Made by a program: the position numbers and the translations under genes. A DNA stretch of 64,000 nt from an uncultured Planctomycetia bacterium (GTDB lineage Bacteria; Omnitrophota; Gorgyraeia; Tantalellales; Tantalellaceae). The DNA lies in contig CAYPCX010000012.1 of the NCBI GenBank assembly GCA_964409365.1, positions 178 to 64,177 of the forward strand, written 5' to 3'. Every line of letters starts with the position of its first letter. Within the stretch, counting starts at the first letter, position 1. The notes below the pieces were generated by a model. The model saw only the letters and a list, made by a program, of their open reading frames with translations. It had not been told where the DNA came from and did no database searches. This document shows positions 9,825-20,601 of this stretch, piece after piece.

Positions 9825-12401
9825 TCAATCCGTAAAACAGATAAGCCGCTGTGAAACAACGTCCGATATGAGCTTGAGGCCCGCTTCATCAATGTCGAAG
9901 ACCTTTATTATACCTTTATAATCCGCCGCCTCAGGGACCAGTTCGGGAAATTTATCCTTGAAACGTTCCACCCACTCCCTGTTGAAGAACACGTCCTCTC
10001 TTTCAGGGAATATCGCGACATAAAAAATATTGGCCTCCACGAGGTCCTGAAAAAAGTGCGTGCCGAATGAAAGTTCCGGTATCAGGTTCCCGCCTTCAAA
10101 AGATATCTCCCCGAGAACGGCGATATTGTTTATCTCAGCGAATGTTACCGGTACTCCCAACGATGGCGTCGTCGTACCCCACCTGCCCGGACCTAAAAGG
10201 AGGACCGGTAACTCGTTCTTATCGCCGACCTGCTTGTTAAGTTTACCTACTATGCGAGCGACATCGTATTTGCGCCTGACCGGAAGGGCGCAATAATCTT
10301 CCGGGTCCACATATATGATCCTTTTTATGGGCTGCAACGTGTTCCCCCCGAAGAAATAACCCCCCGACTCCAGGAAGATCTTTCCCTTTTCGACGTGTCC
10401 GGGCATTTCAATCCTTTTTTCCTCGCCCTTGGTCTGGAGGGGCCTGCACTGCAAGAGGTTTATACGGAACGTGCCGTCCTTAGTATAATTCACGGTGAAC
10501 TCTATATCTATCGGATAGTTGTATTTGGCCTCCAGGGTCTTGAGTATCTTCCCGAACGTCTCCGTGAACAGGCCCTTTGAAAGAAGCTCGTCGAACGTCA
10601 ATATCCAGTAATCCACGTTCCTGCCGCTGCGCTCCTTGACCTCCCGGGACATCTCATAGTCGCGCACTGCTATGCGGTCCAGCACCTCGGGATCGGGTCC
10701 CTTCTCTATCATCTCCGGCAAAGACACCGTCCTGAACCTGTTCTCCTTCACGTCGATCAGGTCCACTTCATGCTGTGAATACTTCCGCACATCCTTCATG
10801 TCGGCGTGGGGCCTGAGAAGCGGCTTGTCGATCGCCGCTATCCTCGGGTAGTCCCCCTCGACCCTGTTAACGGCGCGCGTACCCAATCCGTATACAACGC
10901 GCAGCATCCCGGCTTCGGGATCCATCTCCTTTTTCCACACGTAAGTGTTGTAGGAAACACCGACACCGGCGAGGTCCGGATAAAAATAGTCTTCGTGCGG
11001 GGACCCGGATACTCTCTGAACTAACAGCGCCATCTGCTCGTCAAGGCGGTCCAGCCCCCTCTGTTGCCTGTAGGTCAGGGCATCCTCGTTCATCGTACTG
11101 GCATATATCCTCCTTACGGCTTCGGCGAATTGCACGTAACGCTGTTCCGGCGTACCCTGATTAGCGCAGAATATGCTCTCGTATTTCCCCGCGAAGGCAT
11201 TGCCGAACCCGTCCTCAAGAAGGCTGCTGGACCTCACTATTATGGGCGCCTGCCCGAAATACTCTATCATCTGCTGGAAATTCTCCATTATTTCTTCCGG
11301 GAAATTTCCATAGAGCATTTTCTCGCCCAACACGGCCGCGGCTTCGAAATACCCTTCACTGGTCTTCTGTTCCATGCGGAGCTTCCACCAACCGTTCTGC
11401 ACTATATAGGAATAGAAGACGTCCGAACCGATGTAAAAAGAGTCGTGCGGCTCGGATAGCTCATCCCACTTCAAAGAACCCTCTTTTGATATCATCTTCC
11501 TGGCAAGGAGCATGCCTACCGCCTTGCCGCCTATGACCCCCGTACCTATGAGCCGCGACTTTACCTCCAGGAGGTCCTCCAGCGTAAAGTGCTCCCTGGC
11601 CAGTTCCAGTATCCGTTTGTCCCTCGAGATCATGATAGCCGTTAATTTATCGATCATTTTCTTCTTTTCTGCCCGGGGCGCCGAAGAATTTACCATCTCT
11701 TCGGCCGCGAGGAACAGGCGGTCCCAGTAATCAAGGTATCTCGTCGCGCCTTCAGCTCCTTTCTTATGAATATGGGAGAGTATCCGTGCCGCGTCGATGC
11801 TGTCGGCCACGGAACTGAATTCCTCGCCTTTCCTGAGATGCGGCAGGAACATGGTCGGAGAATAACGGTTCCAGACCTTGAGAGGATGTACGTAACAGCT
11901 ACCCTCGTACTTGTAAACGTCTATCAGAAGCTGCGTCGTTTCACGGATGCGGGCTATGGTCTTGAATGAATGGCTGTTCCTGAGCAGCGAAAAATAGGCG
12001 ATCGTATCCAACTCATAAAGGAACGGGCATGTGACCATGAAGAAGTTGCCTATCATCAGATCCGTGGCCCATACCGTCAAAAGGTACGAAAGGCAGTCGA
12101 ACACATAGTAAGCTCCCACACCCTCGGCCGCTATTATCTTGTTAACCTGCGTGGTGAACGCTTCGAACCCGCCGGCCGCGTCCAACTGGTGTATCACGAC
12201 GTTCGGCCCCGGTTCCACGAGCGGCGCGTGGTCGGCGAACCTCATATAGACCGTCTTTTTCTCCGAATCCGCGGCCGTCTTAACGTAGGGCCGGACAAAC
12301 TCATGAAAATCCTCTATGTCGTCGACCTGCCATACCACATTGTCGCCGGCCCTCAATCCGGTCAGTATCCTATCAAGGCCTTTCAATCCCGTGCTTATCA
12401 T
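9825..12401 (-). CDS. PEP synthase / pyruvate-phosphate dikinase N-terminal (ATP-grasp) domain protein with degenerate RecA/KaiC-like N-terminus
   Basis: 858 aa; central region resembles the PPDK_N/PEP-utilising ATP-binding domain; N-terminal GLKGLDRILTGL...without P-loop. Confidence 0.45.
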   Translation of the reverse strand: MISTGLKGLDRILTGLRAGDNVVWQVDDIEDFHEFVRPYVKTAADSEKKTVYMRFADHAPLVEPGPNVVIHQLDAAGGFEAFTTQVNKIIAAEGVGAYYVFDCLSYLLTVWATDLMIGNFFMVTCPFLYELDTIAYFSLLRNSHSFKTIARIRETTQLLIDVYKYEGSCYVHPLKVWNRYSPTMFLPHLRKGEEFSSVADSIDAARILSHIHKKGAEGATRYLDYWDRLFLAAEEMVNSSAPRAEKKKMIDKLTAIMISRDKRILELAREHFTLEDLLEVKSRLIGTGVIGGKAVGMLLARKMISKEGSLKWDELSEPHDSFYIGSDVFYSYIVQNGWWKLRMEQKTSEGYFEAAAVLGEKMLYGNFPEEIMENFQQMIEYFGQAPIIVRSSSLLEDGFGNAFAGKYESIFCANQGTPEQRYVQFAEAVRRIYASTMNEDALTYRQQRGLDRLDEQMALLVQRVSGSPHEDYFYPDLAGVGVSYNTYVWKKEMDPEAGMLRVVYGLGTRAVNRVEGDYPRIAAIDKPLLRPHADMKDVRKYSQHEVDLIDVKENRFRTVSLPEMIEKGPDPEVLDRIAVRDYEMSREVKERSGRNVDYWILTFDELLSKGLFTETFGKILKTLEAKYNYPIDIEFTVNYTKDGTFRINLLQCRPLQTKGEEKRIEMPGHVEKGKIFLESGGYFFGGNTLQPIKRIIYVDPEDYCALPVRRKYDVARIVGKLNKQVGDKNELPVLLLGPGRWGTTTPSLGVPVTFAEINNIAVLGEISFEGGNLIPELSFGTHFFQDLVEANIFYVAIFPEREDVFFNREWVERFKDKFPELVPEAADYKGIIKVFDIDEAGLKLISDVVSQRLICFTD

Positions 12402-12452
12402 GTCCTATATCCTCCGCTTTTATTCCGTCCGTCCTGAATACTATATCACATT

Positions 12453-13904
12453 TCACATCTCCGGGAGGCCACTATCTCCCATGAGATAAATGTCCATATC
12501 GCGCGCCGCTCTACGGCCTTCCGAGATAGCCCATACAACGAGCGACTGGCCGCGGCGCATATCTCCCGCGGAAAAAATCTTGTCCGCCGAAGTCTTATAA
12601 TTATCGCCTGTACGGACGTTCCCTCTTTCATCCAGATCCACTCCGGCCTCTTCAAGAAGCCCATCGTGTTCGGGATGGATAAAACCCATTGCCAGAACGA
12701 CCAGGTCCGCTTCGACCTCAAAGGCGCTTCCCGGCACCTCTTTCATGACCGGACATGTTCTTTCATCCGTTTTCCCGAACTCGACCTGAACGCACTCCAG
12801 CTTCTTCACGTTCCCGCGCTTATCGCCCACGAACTTCTTCGTAAGAACAGCCCAGCGCCTTTCGGCGCCTTCCTCGTGGCTCGAAGAGGTCTTCAGCAGC
12901 ATGGGATAGGTCGGCCAAGGCTGGTCTTCCATACGGCACTCGGACGGCTGTTCAAGAAGCTCTATCTGGACCACGCACGAGGCACCCTGCCTGTTAGCGA
13001 TACCCACACAATCGGATCCGGTGTCCCCGCCCCCGATAACGACCACCTTTTTCCCGGAGGCGTCGATCAGCTCCTCCGCCGGTATGGACTCACCCGCCAC
13101 TCTTCTGTTCGACTGGACCAGGTAATCCATAGCGAAATGTATACCGTTAAATTTACGTCCTTTTATATCGAGGTCCCGCGGGACCCTTGAACCGCCCGCC
13201 AGACAAACCGCGTCGTATCCCTCCAACAGTTCTTTCATCTGCTTATCGACTCCTACGTTCACCCCCGTGAAGAATCTTATCCCGGCCTTTTCCATAAGCT
13301 TGACGCGGCGGTCGATGACCCACTTCTCCAGTTTGAAATCCGGTATGCCGTAGCGCAGTATCCCGCCCGGTTTATCGTCCCTTTCGAAAACATCCACTTC
13401 GTGCCCGGCAACGTTAAGCTGGTCCGCGCAAGACAAGCCCGCCGGACCCGAACCGATGATCGCTATTCTTTTTCCCGTCCGCAAAAGAGGCACCCTCGGT
13501 TTGATGACCCCCTCTTTAAAAGCGTGCTCTATTACGGCCAATTCGTTCTCCCTTATCGTAACGGGGTCGTCATTTATGCCGAGTACGCACGCGAACTCGC
13601 ACGTCGCCGGGCATACACGCCCGGTGATCTCCGGCAGATTGTTGGTCGCCTGGAGCATCTGGAAAGCCCGTTCCCAATGTCCCCTGAACATCAGGTCGTT
13701 CCATTCTGGTATATAATTGCCGACCGGGCATCCCCAGTGGCAGAAAGGCGTACCGCAATCCATGCAGCGCGACGCCTGGTCCACTGACTGGCGCTCACCG
13801 CGCATTATACTAACATCTTTATAGTCCTTAACGCGCTCACATACCGGCCGGCATGCCGATTCCTGTCTTGTTATCTTTAAAAACCCTTTGGGATCACCCA
13901 TCAT
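12453..13904 (-). CDS. gltD: glutamate synthase (NADPH) small subunit
   Basis: 483 aa; N-terminal Fe-S cysteines, two Rossmann GxGxxG sites (IIGSGPAGL; VIGGGDTG). Confidence 0.9.
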   Translation of the reverse strand: MMGDPKGFLKITRQESACRPVCERVKDYKDVSIMRGERQSVDQASRCMDCGTPFCHWGCPVGNYIPEWNDLMFRGHWERAFQMLQATNNLPEITGRVCPATCEFACVLGINDDPVTIRENELAVIEHAFKEGVIKPRVPLLRTGKRIAIIGSGPAGLSCADQLNVAGHEVDVFERDDKPGGILRYGIPDFKLEKWVIDRRVKLMEKAGIRFFTGVNVGVDKQMKELLEGYDAVCLAGGSRVPRDLDIKGRKFNGIHFAMDYLVQSNRRVAGESIPAEELIDASGKKVVVIGGGDTGSDCVGIANRQGASCVVQIELLEQPSECRMEDQPWPTYPMLLKTSSSHEEGAERRWAVLTKKFVGDKRGNVKKLECVQVEFGKTDERTCPVMKEVPGSAFEVEADLVVLAMGFIHPEHDGLLEEAGVDLDERGNVRTGDNYKTSADKIFSAGDMRRGQSLVVWAISEGRRAARDMDIYLMGDSGLPEM

Positions 13905-16900
13905 ACACCTCCAGGAGGCCCAGACGGGCCTGGGTGTCCTTGCCCCCGAGCACGCGTTTGTACTCGAACGGTATTACTTTAACGAACTTCCTGGCCGTTT
14001 CTTTGAAGTTCTTCATGACTTCTTTCGCGCGGGGGCTTCCCGTATACTTATGATGATTATGGAGAAGATCGTAAACAAGCGTCCTGTCATCGTCATCAAG
14101 ACGTTCCAGGTGTACCATCTTCTTGTTGCATCTTGATTCGAAACTGCCATCCTCGTCGTAAACATAGGCAATACCGCCGGACATGCCCGCCGCGAAGTTC
14201 TTGCCGGTTTTCCCCAAGACCACCACTCTTCCGCCGGTCATGTATTCACACCCATGGTCGCCTACTCCTTCGACGACCGCATAAAGCCCTGAATTTCTCA
14301 CACAGAACCTTTCGCCGGCCCTGCCGCGTATATACGCTTCCCCTGAAATAGCCCCGTAAAAAGTGGTATTCCCGATCAATATGTTCTCTTCCGCCTTAAA
14401 ACCCGCTTTCTTGTCGGGATAGATTATTATCTTACCGCCGGATATACCTTTACCCACGTAATCGTTCGCCAGGCCTTCCAACTCGAAAGTCACTCCCTTG
14501 GCGAGAAAAGCGCCGAAACTCTGGCCGGCTATGCCCTTGAATCTGCAACTTATTGAATCGGCTGGAAGTCCCATCTCCCCGTGCATCTTGCAGACCTCAC
14601 CGCTCATCATGGCCCCGGTCGCCCTGTCGGTATTATTGATGGGCATCTCTAACTTGACAGTGCCTGATCTTTTTATCACCTCGCCCGCCAGTTCCATAAG
14701 TTTCCGGTCAAGAACACGGTCGATACCATGATGCTGCCCGCAGGTGCAGCGCCTATGGTCCTCATCCTCGAGGTCCGGCTTATAGAGGAGGCGCGAGAAG
14801 TCCAGCCCTCTGGCCTTCTCCGGGATAATATCCTCGTTGATCTCCAACAGTTCCGTGCGACCCACAAGTTCGTCGATCTTTCTTACTCCAAGGGAGGCCA
14901 TTATCTCGCGCAGTTCCCTTGCCACGAAGAGCATGTAGTTCACCACATATTCCGGCCGTCCCTGGAACCTCTTTTCCAGCATCTCGTCCTGTGTGGCGAC
15001 ACCCACGGAACAGTTATTGAGGTGACAGTGCCTCAGCATCACGCATCCCAGCGTGATCAGTACCGCGGTACAAAAACCGAACTCTTCGGCGCCAAGTAAT
15101 GCGGCTATGGCGACGTCCCTTCCCGTACGCATCTGGCCGTCGGTCTGGAGGCGCACGCGGCTGCGGAGGCCGTTAAGGACAAGCGTCTGGTGCGTCTCGG
15201 AAAGTCCCAGTTCCCAGGGAAGGCCGGCATGCCTTATCGAACTTCTGGGCGATGCGCCCGTGCCCCCGTCCCCGCCGGATATCAGTATCATGTCGGCATG
15301 CCCTTTGGCCACGCCCGCCGCTATGGTACCCACGCCTATTTCGGAAACGAGTTTCACGCTGATACGTGCGCGCGGATTAGCGTTCTTCAGGTCGAAAATA
15401 AGCTGGGCCAGATCCTCTATAGAATAAATGTCATGATGCGGAGGCGGGGATATAAGTGTAACGCCCTGCGTTGTATACCGCGTCCGCGCTATTATCGCGC
15501 TTACCTTATGTCCCGGGAGCTGTCCCCCCTCTCCGGGCTTGGCTCCTTGGGCTATCTTGATCTGGAGCTCATCGGCATTGGTCAGGTAATTTATCGTGAC
15601 ACCGAACCTGCCGGAAGCCACCTGCTTTATCGCGCTCCGGACGGAATCGCCGTTGGGCAGGGTGCCGAAACGGGCCGGGTCCTCTCCTCCTTCCCCCGTG
15701 TTCGACTTTGCCCCGAGACGGTTCATGGCAATGGCGATCGCCTCATGCACGCTCCTTGATATGGACCCGAAGCTCATCGCGCCTGTCGCGAACCGTTTCA
15801 CGATCTCTTCTACCGGCTCGACCTCTTCAAGCGGGACCGGTGCGGTCTTTTTGAACTTCAAAAGACCTCTCAGCGTTGTCGGGTTCTTTGACTGGTCGTT
15901 TATCAATCCGGAGAATTCCTTGAAGACGGAATAATCGTTATTCCTCACCGAGTCCTGCAGCTTGGCTATGCTTTCCGGGTTCCACAAATGGAACTCGCCG
16001 TCCCTCTTCCACTGGTATACGCCTCCGGTGTCCAAGTACGGCGTTTCTTCTCCCCTTTCGGGGTACGCGCGCTTGTGCCGCCGGAGCGTTTCTCTGGCGA
16101 TATCATCTATTCCCACTCCCCCTATCCTGGAGACCGTGCCCGTAAAATACTTTTCTATCACATCATCGGCTATCCCCAGGGCCTCGAATATCTGCGCCCC
16201 TCGGTAGCTCCTCATAGTGGAGATACCCATCTTTGAAAGGATCTTAAGGAGCCCCTTACGCACCGCATTTATATAATTCTTTTGTCCCTCCTCCACTTTC
16301 ATGTCCAGGTCGCCTTCCTCCACAAGCCGGGCCACAGCTTCATACGCGAGATACGGGTTGACGCAGTCGGCACCGTATCCCATAAGAAGGGCGAAATGAT
16401 GCACTTCGCGTGGTTCTCCGCTCTCGACTATTATCCCTATCTCTGAGCGTATGGACCTCCTTACGAGATGCTGATGAACCGCGCTCGTCGCCAGAAGCGC
16501 CGGAAGCGCCACGTTATACCTGTCCGCGCCCCGGTCGCTCAGTATTAAAAAGGTGAACCCTTTTTCTACGGCGTACTCGGCCTCAAAACATACCCTTTCA
16601 GTCGCCTGGACAAAATCGTTCTCCGATCCGCTGAAATAAGTGTAGATCGTCTTTGTCTTGAACCCGGCCGTATTCATTTCCCTTATGAGCTCAAGTTCCT
16701 CATCGGTCAGAACAGGGTTTCGCACCTTCAGCTTCCGGCAGTGCTCCCTGCCTTCTTCAAGTATGTTCTTGCCCTTACCCATGTAACTATCGAGATTCAT
16801 CACTATCTCTTCCCTTATAGGGTCGATCGCGGGATTGGTGACCTGGGCGAACAGCTGCTTGAAGTAACTGTAAAGCATTTGCGGCTTTTTAGAAAGGACC

Positions 16901-18420
16901 GCGTGCGGGGTGTCGTTCCCCATCGAACCGACCGGTTCCTTACCCTCCTCCGCCATGGGTTTTATTATTTCTTTTATGTCCTCGCGGGTGTAGCCGAACG
17001 CTTTCATGGCGGAAAGAGCGTCTTCCGCGTTCTTTGTCCTTATTCCCGTTGCGGGCAGATCATCAAGCGAGACCAGGTTATCTTTCAACCATTCACCGTA
17101 AGGCCGGCGGTCCGAGAGTTCCTTCTTGATCTCGGAATCCCCTACTAAACGGCCGCGTGCGGTATCCACAAAAAGCATCTTGCCGGGTTCCAGGCGACCC
17201 GAAACAGCTATATCGGCGGGGTCAAAGTCAAGGACACCCACCTCGGACGCCATCGCGACCATGCCGTTTCTGGTCACGATGTAGCGCGCCGGGCGCAGAC
17301 CGTTCCTGTCCAAGACGGCGCCCACTTCGGTACCGTCCGTAAAAGCTATCGCCGCGGGGCCGTCCCAAGGCTCCATGAAACAGGCATTATACTCATAGAA
17401 ATCCCTTAATGACCCGGTCGTGAACGGGTCTTTTTCCCACGCGGCGGGTATAAGCATCATCATGACGTGCTCAAGCGGCCTTCCCGCCAGCGCGAGAAGC
17501 TCGAAAACATTATCTATGATGGCCGAATCGCTGCCGCCTTCGACGATGACCGGTTTTATCTTCTGTATATCCCGGCCGAAAAGTTCGCTCCCGAGAAGCC
17601 GCTCTTTCGCGCGGAACCAGTTCATATTGCCCCTGAGAGTGTTTATCTCACCGTTATGCGCAAGGAACCTGAACGGCTGCGCCAGGTCCCAGGTGGGAAA
17701 AGTATTAGTGCTGTACCTTGAATGGACAAGCGCTATGGCGCTTTCCACGTCGTTTTGCTTGAGGTCGGGATAAAAATCCCTGACCTGTCCCGGCATGAGA
17801 AGACCCTTGTAGCTGACGGTCCTTGAAGAAAGGTTGGTGATATAGAAAAATGTCTTTTGTTCTATTCCGGAAGACTTGACCGTATTCTCGATACGTTTTC
17901 TTATAACATAAAGTTTCCTTTCGAAAGCAAGCTGGTCGCCCGTCCCCGTCCCTTTTCCGATAAAGACCTGTTTTATCACCGGCTTGGTCTGGCGCGCGCC
18001 CCTGCCTATCAGGGAATCGTCCACGGGCACATCGCGCCATCCCAGGATATCCCCGCCTTCTTCTTTTATGACTTTTCTGAAAACATCCTCGCAGAAGATC
18101 CTTTCGCTCCCCTCGGTGGGAAGAAAGACAATGCCGGTACCGTAATCACCTGGATCCGGCAATTCTATGCCCGCGTCAGAGGAGACCCTGGAATAGAACC
18201 TGTGGGGGATCTGGATCAGGATCCCCGCGCCGTCACCTGTCTTAGGGTCGGCGCCGACCGCGCCGCGGTGGCTCATCCTTTCCAGTATTTCTGTACCCTT
18301 TTGTATGATGTCGTGCGACTTCTTGCCGTTCATCTCGCAGACGAACCCCACCCCGCAGCTGTCGCGTTCGAACCGCCGGTCATAAAGTCCCTGTTTTTCA
18401 GGCAAGCGTCCTTTTTTCAT
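13894..18420 (-). CDS. gltB: glutamate synthase large subunit
   Basis: 1508 aa; N-terminal CGVGF amidotransferase Cys, FMN/Fe-S central domain, C-terminal GXGXG domain. Confidence 0.95.
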   Translation of the reverse strand: MKKGRLPEKQGLYDRRFERDSCGVGFVCEMNGKKSHDIIQKGTEILERMSHRGAVGADPKTGDGAGILIQIPHRFYSRVSSDAGIELPDPGDYGTGIVFLPTEGSERIFCEDVFRKVIKEEGGDILGWRDVPVDDSLIGRGARQTKPVIKQVFIGKGTGTGDQLAFERKLYVIRKRIENTVKSSGIEQKTFFYITNLSSRTVSYKGLLMPGQVRDFYPDLKQNDVESAIALVHSRYSTNTFPTWDLAQPFRFLAHNGEINTLRGNMNWFRAKERLLGSELFGRDIQKIKPVIVEGGSDSAIIDNVFELLALAGRPLEHVMMMLIPAAWEKDPFTTGSLRDFYEYNACFMEPWDGPAAIAFTDGTEVGAVLDRNGLRPARYIVTRNGMVAMASEVGVLDFDPADIAVSGRLEPGKMLFVDTARGRLVGDSEIKKELSDRRPYGEWLKDNLVSLDDLPATGIRTKNAEDALSAMKAFGYTREDIKEIIKPMAEEGKEPVGSMGNDTPHAVLSKKPQMLYSYFKQLFAQVTNPAIDPIREEIVMNLDSYMGKGKNILEEGREHCRKLKVRNPVLTDEELELIREMNTAGFKTKTIYTYFSGSENDFVQATERVCFEAEYAVEKGFTFLILSDRGADRYNVALPALLATSAVHQHLVRRSIRSEIGIIVESGEPREVHHFALLMGYGADCVNPYLAYEAVARLVEEGDLDMKVEEGQKNYINAVRKGLLKILSKMGISTMRSYRGAQIFEALGIADDVIEKYFTGTVSRIGGVGIDDIARETLRRHKRAYPERGEETPYLDTGGVYQWKRDGEFHLWNPESIAKLQDSVRNNDYSVFKEFSGLINDQSKNPTTLRGLLKFKKTAPVPLEEVEPVEEIVKRFATGAMSFGSISRSVHEAIAIAMNRLGAKSNTGEGGEDPARFGTLPNGDSVRSAIKQVASGRFGVTINYLTNADELQIKIAQGAKPGEGGQLPGHKVSAIIARTRYTTQGVTLISPPPHHDIYSIEDLAQLIFDLKNANPRARISVKLVSEIGVGTIAAGVAKGHADMILISGGDGGTGASPRSSIRHAGLPWELGLSETHQTLVLNGLRSRVRLQTDGQMRTGRDVAIAALLGAEEFGFCTAVLITLGCVMLRHCHLNNCSVGVATQDEMLEKRFQGRPEYVVNYMLFVARELREIMASLGVRKIDELVGRTELLEINEDIIPEKARGLDFSRLLYKPDLEDEDHRRCTCGQHHGIDRVLDRKLMELAGEVIKRSGTVKLEMPINNTDRATGAMMSGEVCKMHGEMGLPADSISCRFKGIAGQSFGAFLAKGVTFELEGLANDYVGKGISGGKIIIYPDKKAGFKAEENILIGNTTFYGAISGEAYIRGRAGERFCVRNSGLYAVVEGVGDHGCEYMTGGRVVVLGKTGKNFAAGMSGGIAYVYDEDGSFESRCNKKMVHLERLDDDDRTLVYDLLHNHHKYTGSPRAKEVMKNFKETARKFVKVIPFEYKRVLGGKDTQARLGLLEVYDG

Positions 18421-18431
18421 GCTTCTTACCC

Positions 18432-18662
18432 CTATATTTTGTACCTTCTTACGTTGATGTCAAGCTTCCTTATCTTCACGCGCAGAGTATTCCGGTTTAT
18501 ACCCAGGATCTTCGCGGCAATGGACTGGTTGCCGTAAGACCTTTCGAGCGCCTTTTCGATAAGCGCCTTCTCAGTACCGCGTATGACTTTATCGTATACC
18601 TTACCTTTATCCTTTGTAAAAAACAAACTATCAATGCTTTTTGCTGCTTCCCTGAACATCAT
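18432..18662 (-). CDS. standalone Fis-family HTH DNA-binding protein
   Basis: 76 aa; C-terminus GNQSIAAKILGINRNTLRVKIRKL matches the Fis/NtrC HTH_8 pattern. Confidence 0.6.
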   Translation of the reverse strand: MMFREAAKSIDSLFFTKDKGKVYDKVIRGTEKALIEKALERSYGNQSIAAKILGINRNTLRVKIRKLDINVRRYKI

Positions 18663-18710
18663 CTCGCTACCTCCCGGCTAAAACTGCCCAGATATTGTGC
18701 ATGTAACAGT

Positions 18711-18769
18711 AAAAAAATACCCTTTCCGGAGGCGGGTCCTTCGACCTTTCCGAAAAGGGCATCTTTGCC
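18711..18769 (-). promoter_or_regulatory. leader attenuator upstream of fis-like/gltBD: ANTAR-type hexaloop hairpin overlapping an intrinsic terminator
   Basis: Minus strand: ggc-AAAGAU-gcc whose 3' arm is the 5' arm of terminator cccttttcgg/ccggaaaggg followed by UAUUUUUUU. Confidence 0.5.
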
Positions 18770-18867
18770 TTACTTACCGGTCCCTTCCGCGGGACCTATA
18801 TAAATAAAAAACCCCCGGAAACTTCGTCCCCAAGGGCCTCATTGCCGCTTAACTCCTTTGTTGAATT

Positions 18868-18897
18868 AATTGTAACACTTAGTGGTCTCATTGTCAA
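18868..18897 (-). promoter_or_regulatory. sigma70-type promoter (TTGACA-17-TACAAT) downstream of glnK stop, reading into fis-like/gltBD leader
   Basis: Minus strand reads ttgacaatgagaccactaagtgttacaat. Confidence 0.5.
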
Positions 18898-18945
18898 GTA
18901 AAAAATTGCCTAATAATTAAGCTATTATTGATTAAACCTTAAACA

Positions 18946-19287
18946 TCATCCTATCGCCACGCCTCCCTTCTCCCCCGTACGTATACGTATGCACTCGGGA
19001 AGGTCGAGAACGAAGATCTTACCGTCGCCTATGTTGCCGGTCCGTGCGCCTTTTATTATGGCGTCGATCGTAGGCTGGACGAAATTCTCATTTACCGCTA
19101 TTTCGAGACGCACTTTTTTCAGTAAATTTACGTCGTGCACTACGCCCCTGTAAGTTTCGGTATAGCCTTTCTGCTGGCCGCAGCCAAGGGCGTTAGTGAC
19201 CGTCATCTTGTAGACTTCCGCTTCATATAGCGCCTTTTTTACGTCCGGCAGCTTATGCGGCTGTATCATAGCAATTATAAGTTTCAT
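18946..19287 (-). CDS. glnK: nitrogen regulatory protein P-II
   Basis: 113 aa; T-loop ...[12 protein letters not shown]... with uridylylation Tyr; directly downstream of amtB. Confidence 0.9.
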   Translation of the reverse strand: MKLIIAMIQPHKLPDVKKALYEAEVYKMTVTNALGCGQQKGYTETYRGVVHDVNLLKKVRLEIAVNENFVQPTIDAIIKGARTGNIGDGKIFVLDLPECIRIRTGEKGGVAIG

Positions 19288-19308
19288 GATCTCCCCTCCT
19301 TATATTTT

Positions 19309-20577
19309 CTACTTTGTGGTGAATATCTGGAAACCCGCGTAAGCCTCCATGCCGTGCTCGGTTATATCGAGCCCTTTGAGCTCTTCGTCCCTTGAGACCC
19401 TCAGGCCCATGATCATGTCGATCGCCTTGAAGATTATCGTCATACCCACCAGAACAAAAAGCACAACGGCACCCACGCCCAGGGCCTGGATACCCAGCTG
19501 GGTAAACCCGCCGCCGTGAAAAAGACCATCCCGGGCGAGGCCGAGCGCTTTGTGCCCGAAAAGGCCCACAGCCAGCGTGCCCCATACACCGTTCATCATG
19601 TGTACGGGAACAGCGCCTACGGGATCATCCACTCGGACCTTGTCCAGAAAAAGCGTTCCGAACACAACTAACACTCCCGCCACGAGGCCTATGATCATTG
19701 ATTCGAACGGAAGCACATAAGCGCACGGTGCCGTAATAGCGACAAGTCCCGCTAACGCACCGTTCATGGTCATTGAAAGATCGGGTTTACCGCAAATCTT
19801 CCAGGCAACGGCCATAGCCGTGAACCCGCCGACCGCCGCCGCGAGATTCGTGTTCATCGCGACTTTCGCCATGAGACTTCCGTTACCGACGCTTAAGGTA
19901 GACCCGGGATTGAACCCGAACCACGCGAACCAGAGTATAAGCGCGCCCAAAGAAGCCAGCGTCATGGAATGGCCCTCTATAGCGTTGGCCGACCCGTCCT
20001 TGTTGTATTTGCCTATCCGGGGACCCAGCATCATGGTCCCGACCAGTGCCGCCGTTCCTCCTACGGCGTGGACGACCGTGGACCCGGCAAAATCACCGAA
20101 ACCCAGGCCAGCCAGCCAACCGCCGCCCCATATCCAGTGTCCCACGAAAGGATAGATCGTGGCCGATATGAGAAAAGAGTATATAAGATAGCACTGGAAT
20201 TTCATCCTTTCGGCTATGCCCCCGGCGACTATAGTCGCGGCGGCCCCGCAAAAGACCGCATGGAAAAGCCACGCCGCCTCAAGAGGAATAGTCCCTTCAT
20301 GGGTGGCGTTCAACAGAAAGAACCCGTTGAACCCCATGAAACCGTTCCCTTTCCCGAACATGAACGCATAACCGAAAATGAAAAATCCCATGGACGCCAT
20401 ACAGAAATCCAGGAAGTTGTTCATAAGCACGTTACATGTGTTCTTTGTACGGATAAGACCGGCTTCAAGCATGCCAAACCCGGCCTGCATTATAAAGACC
20501 AGGAACGCGGCGATAAGTACCCATAAAGTGTCTATCCCCGCCGTACTTGCGAATTGTGTTGTCTCTGTGCCTGTCAT
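19309..20577 (-). CDS. amtB: ammonium transporter
   Basis: 422 aa, 11 TM; Amt family. Confidence 0.9.
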   Translation of the reverse strand: MTGTETTQFASTAGIDTLWVLIAAFLVFIMQAGFGMLEAGLIRTKNTCNVLMNNFLDFCMASMGFFIFGYAFMFGKGNGFMGFNGFFLLNATHEGTIPLEAAWLFHAVFCGAAATIVAGGIAERMKFQCYLIYSFLISATIYPFVGHWIWGGGWLAGLGFGDFAGSTVVHAVGGTAALVGTMMLGPRIGKYNKDGSANAIEGHSMTLASLGALILWFAWFGFNPGSTLSVGNGSLMAKVAMNTNLAAAVGGFTAMAVAWKICGKPDLSMTMNGALAGLVAITAPCAYVLPFESMIIGLVAGVLVVFGTLFLDKVRVDDPVGAVPVHMMNGVWGTLAVGLFGHKALGLARDGLFHGGGFTQLGIQALGVGAVVLFVLVGMTIIFKAIDMIMGLRVSRDEELKGLDITEHGMEAYAGFQIFTTK

Positions 20578-20601
20578 TGTTCCCCTCCTCTTTTATTGCT
20601 A

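Noticed and set aside
12446-12721. ORF 12446..12721 (91 aa) overlapping the 3' end of gltD
   Set aside because: Lies in an alternative frame of the gltD C-terminus; no SD, no motifs
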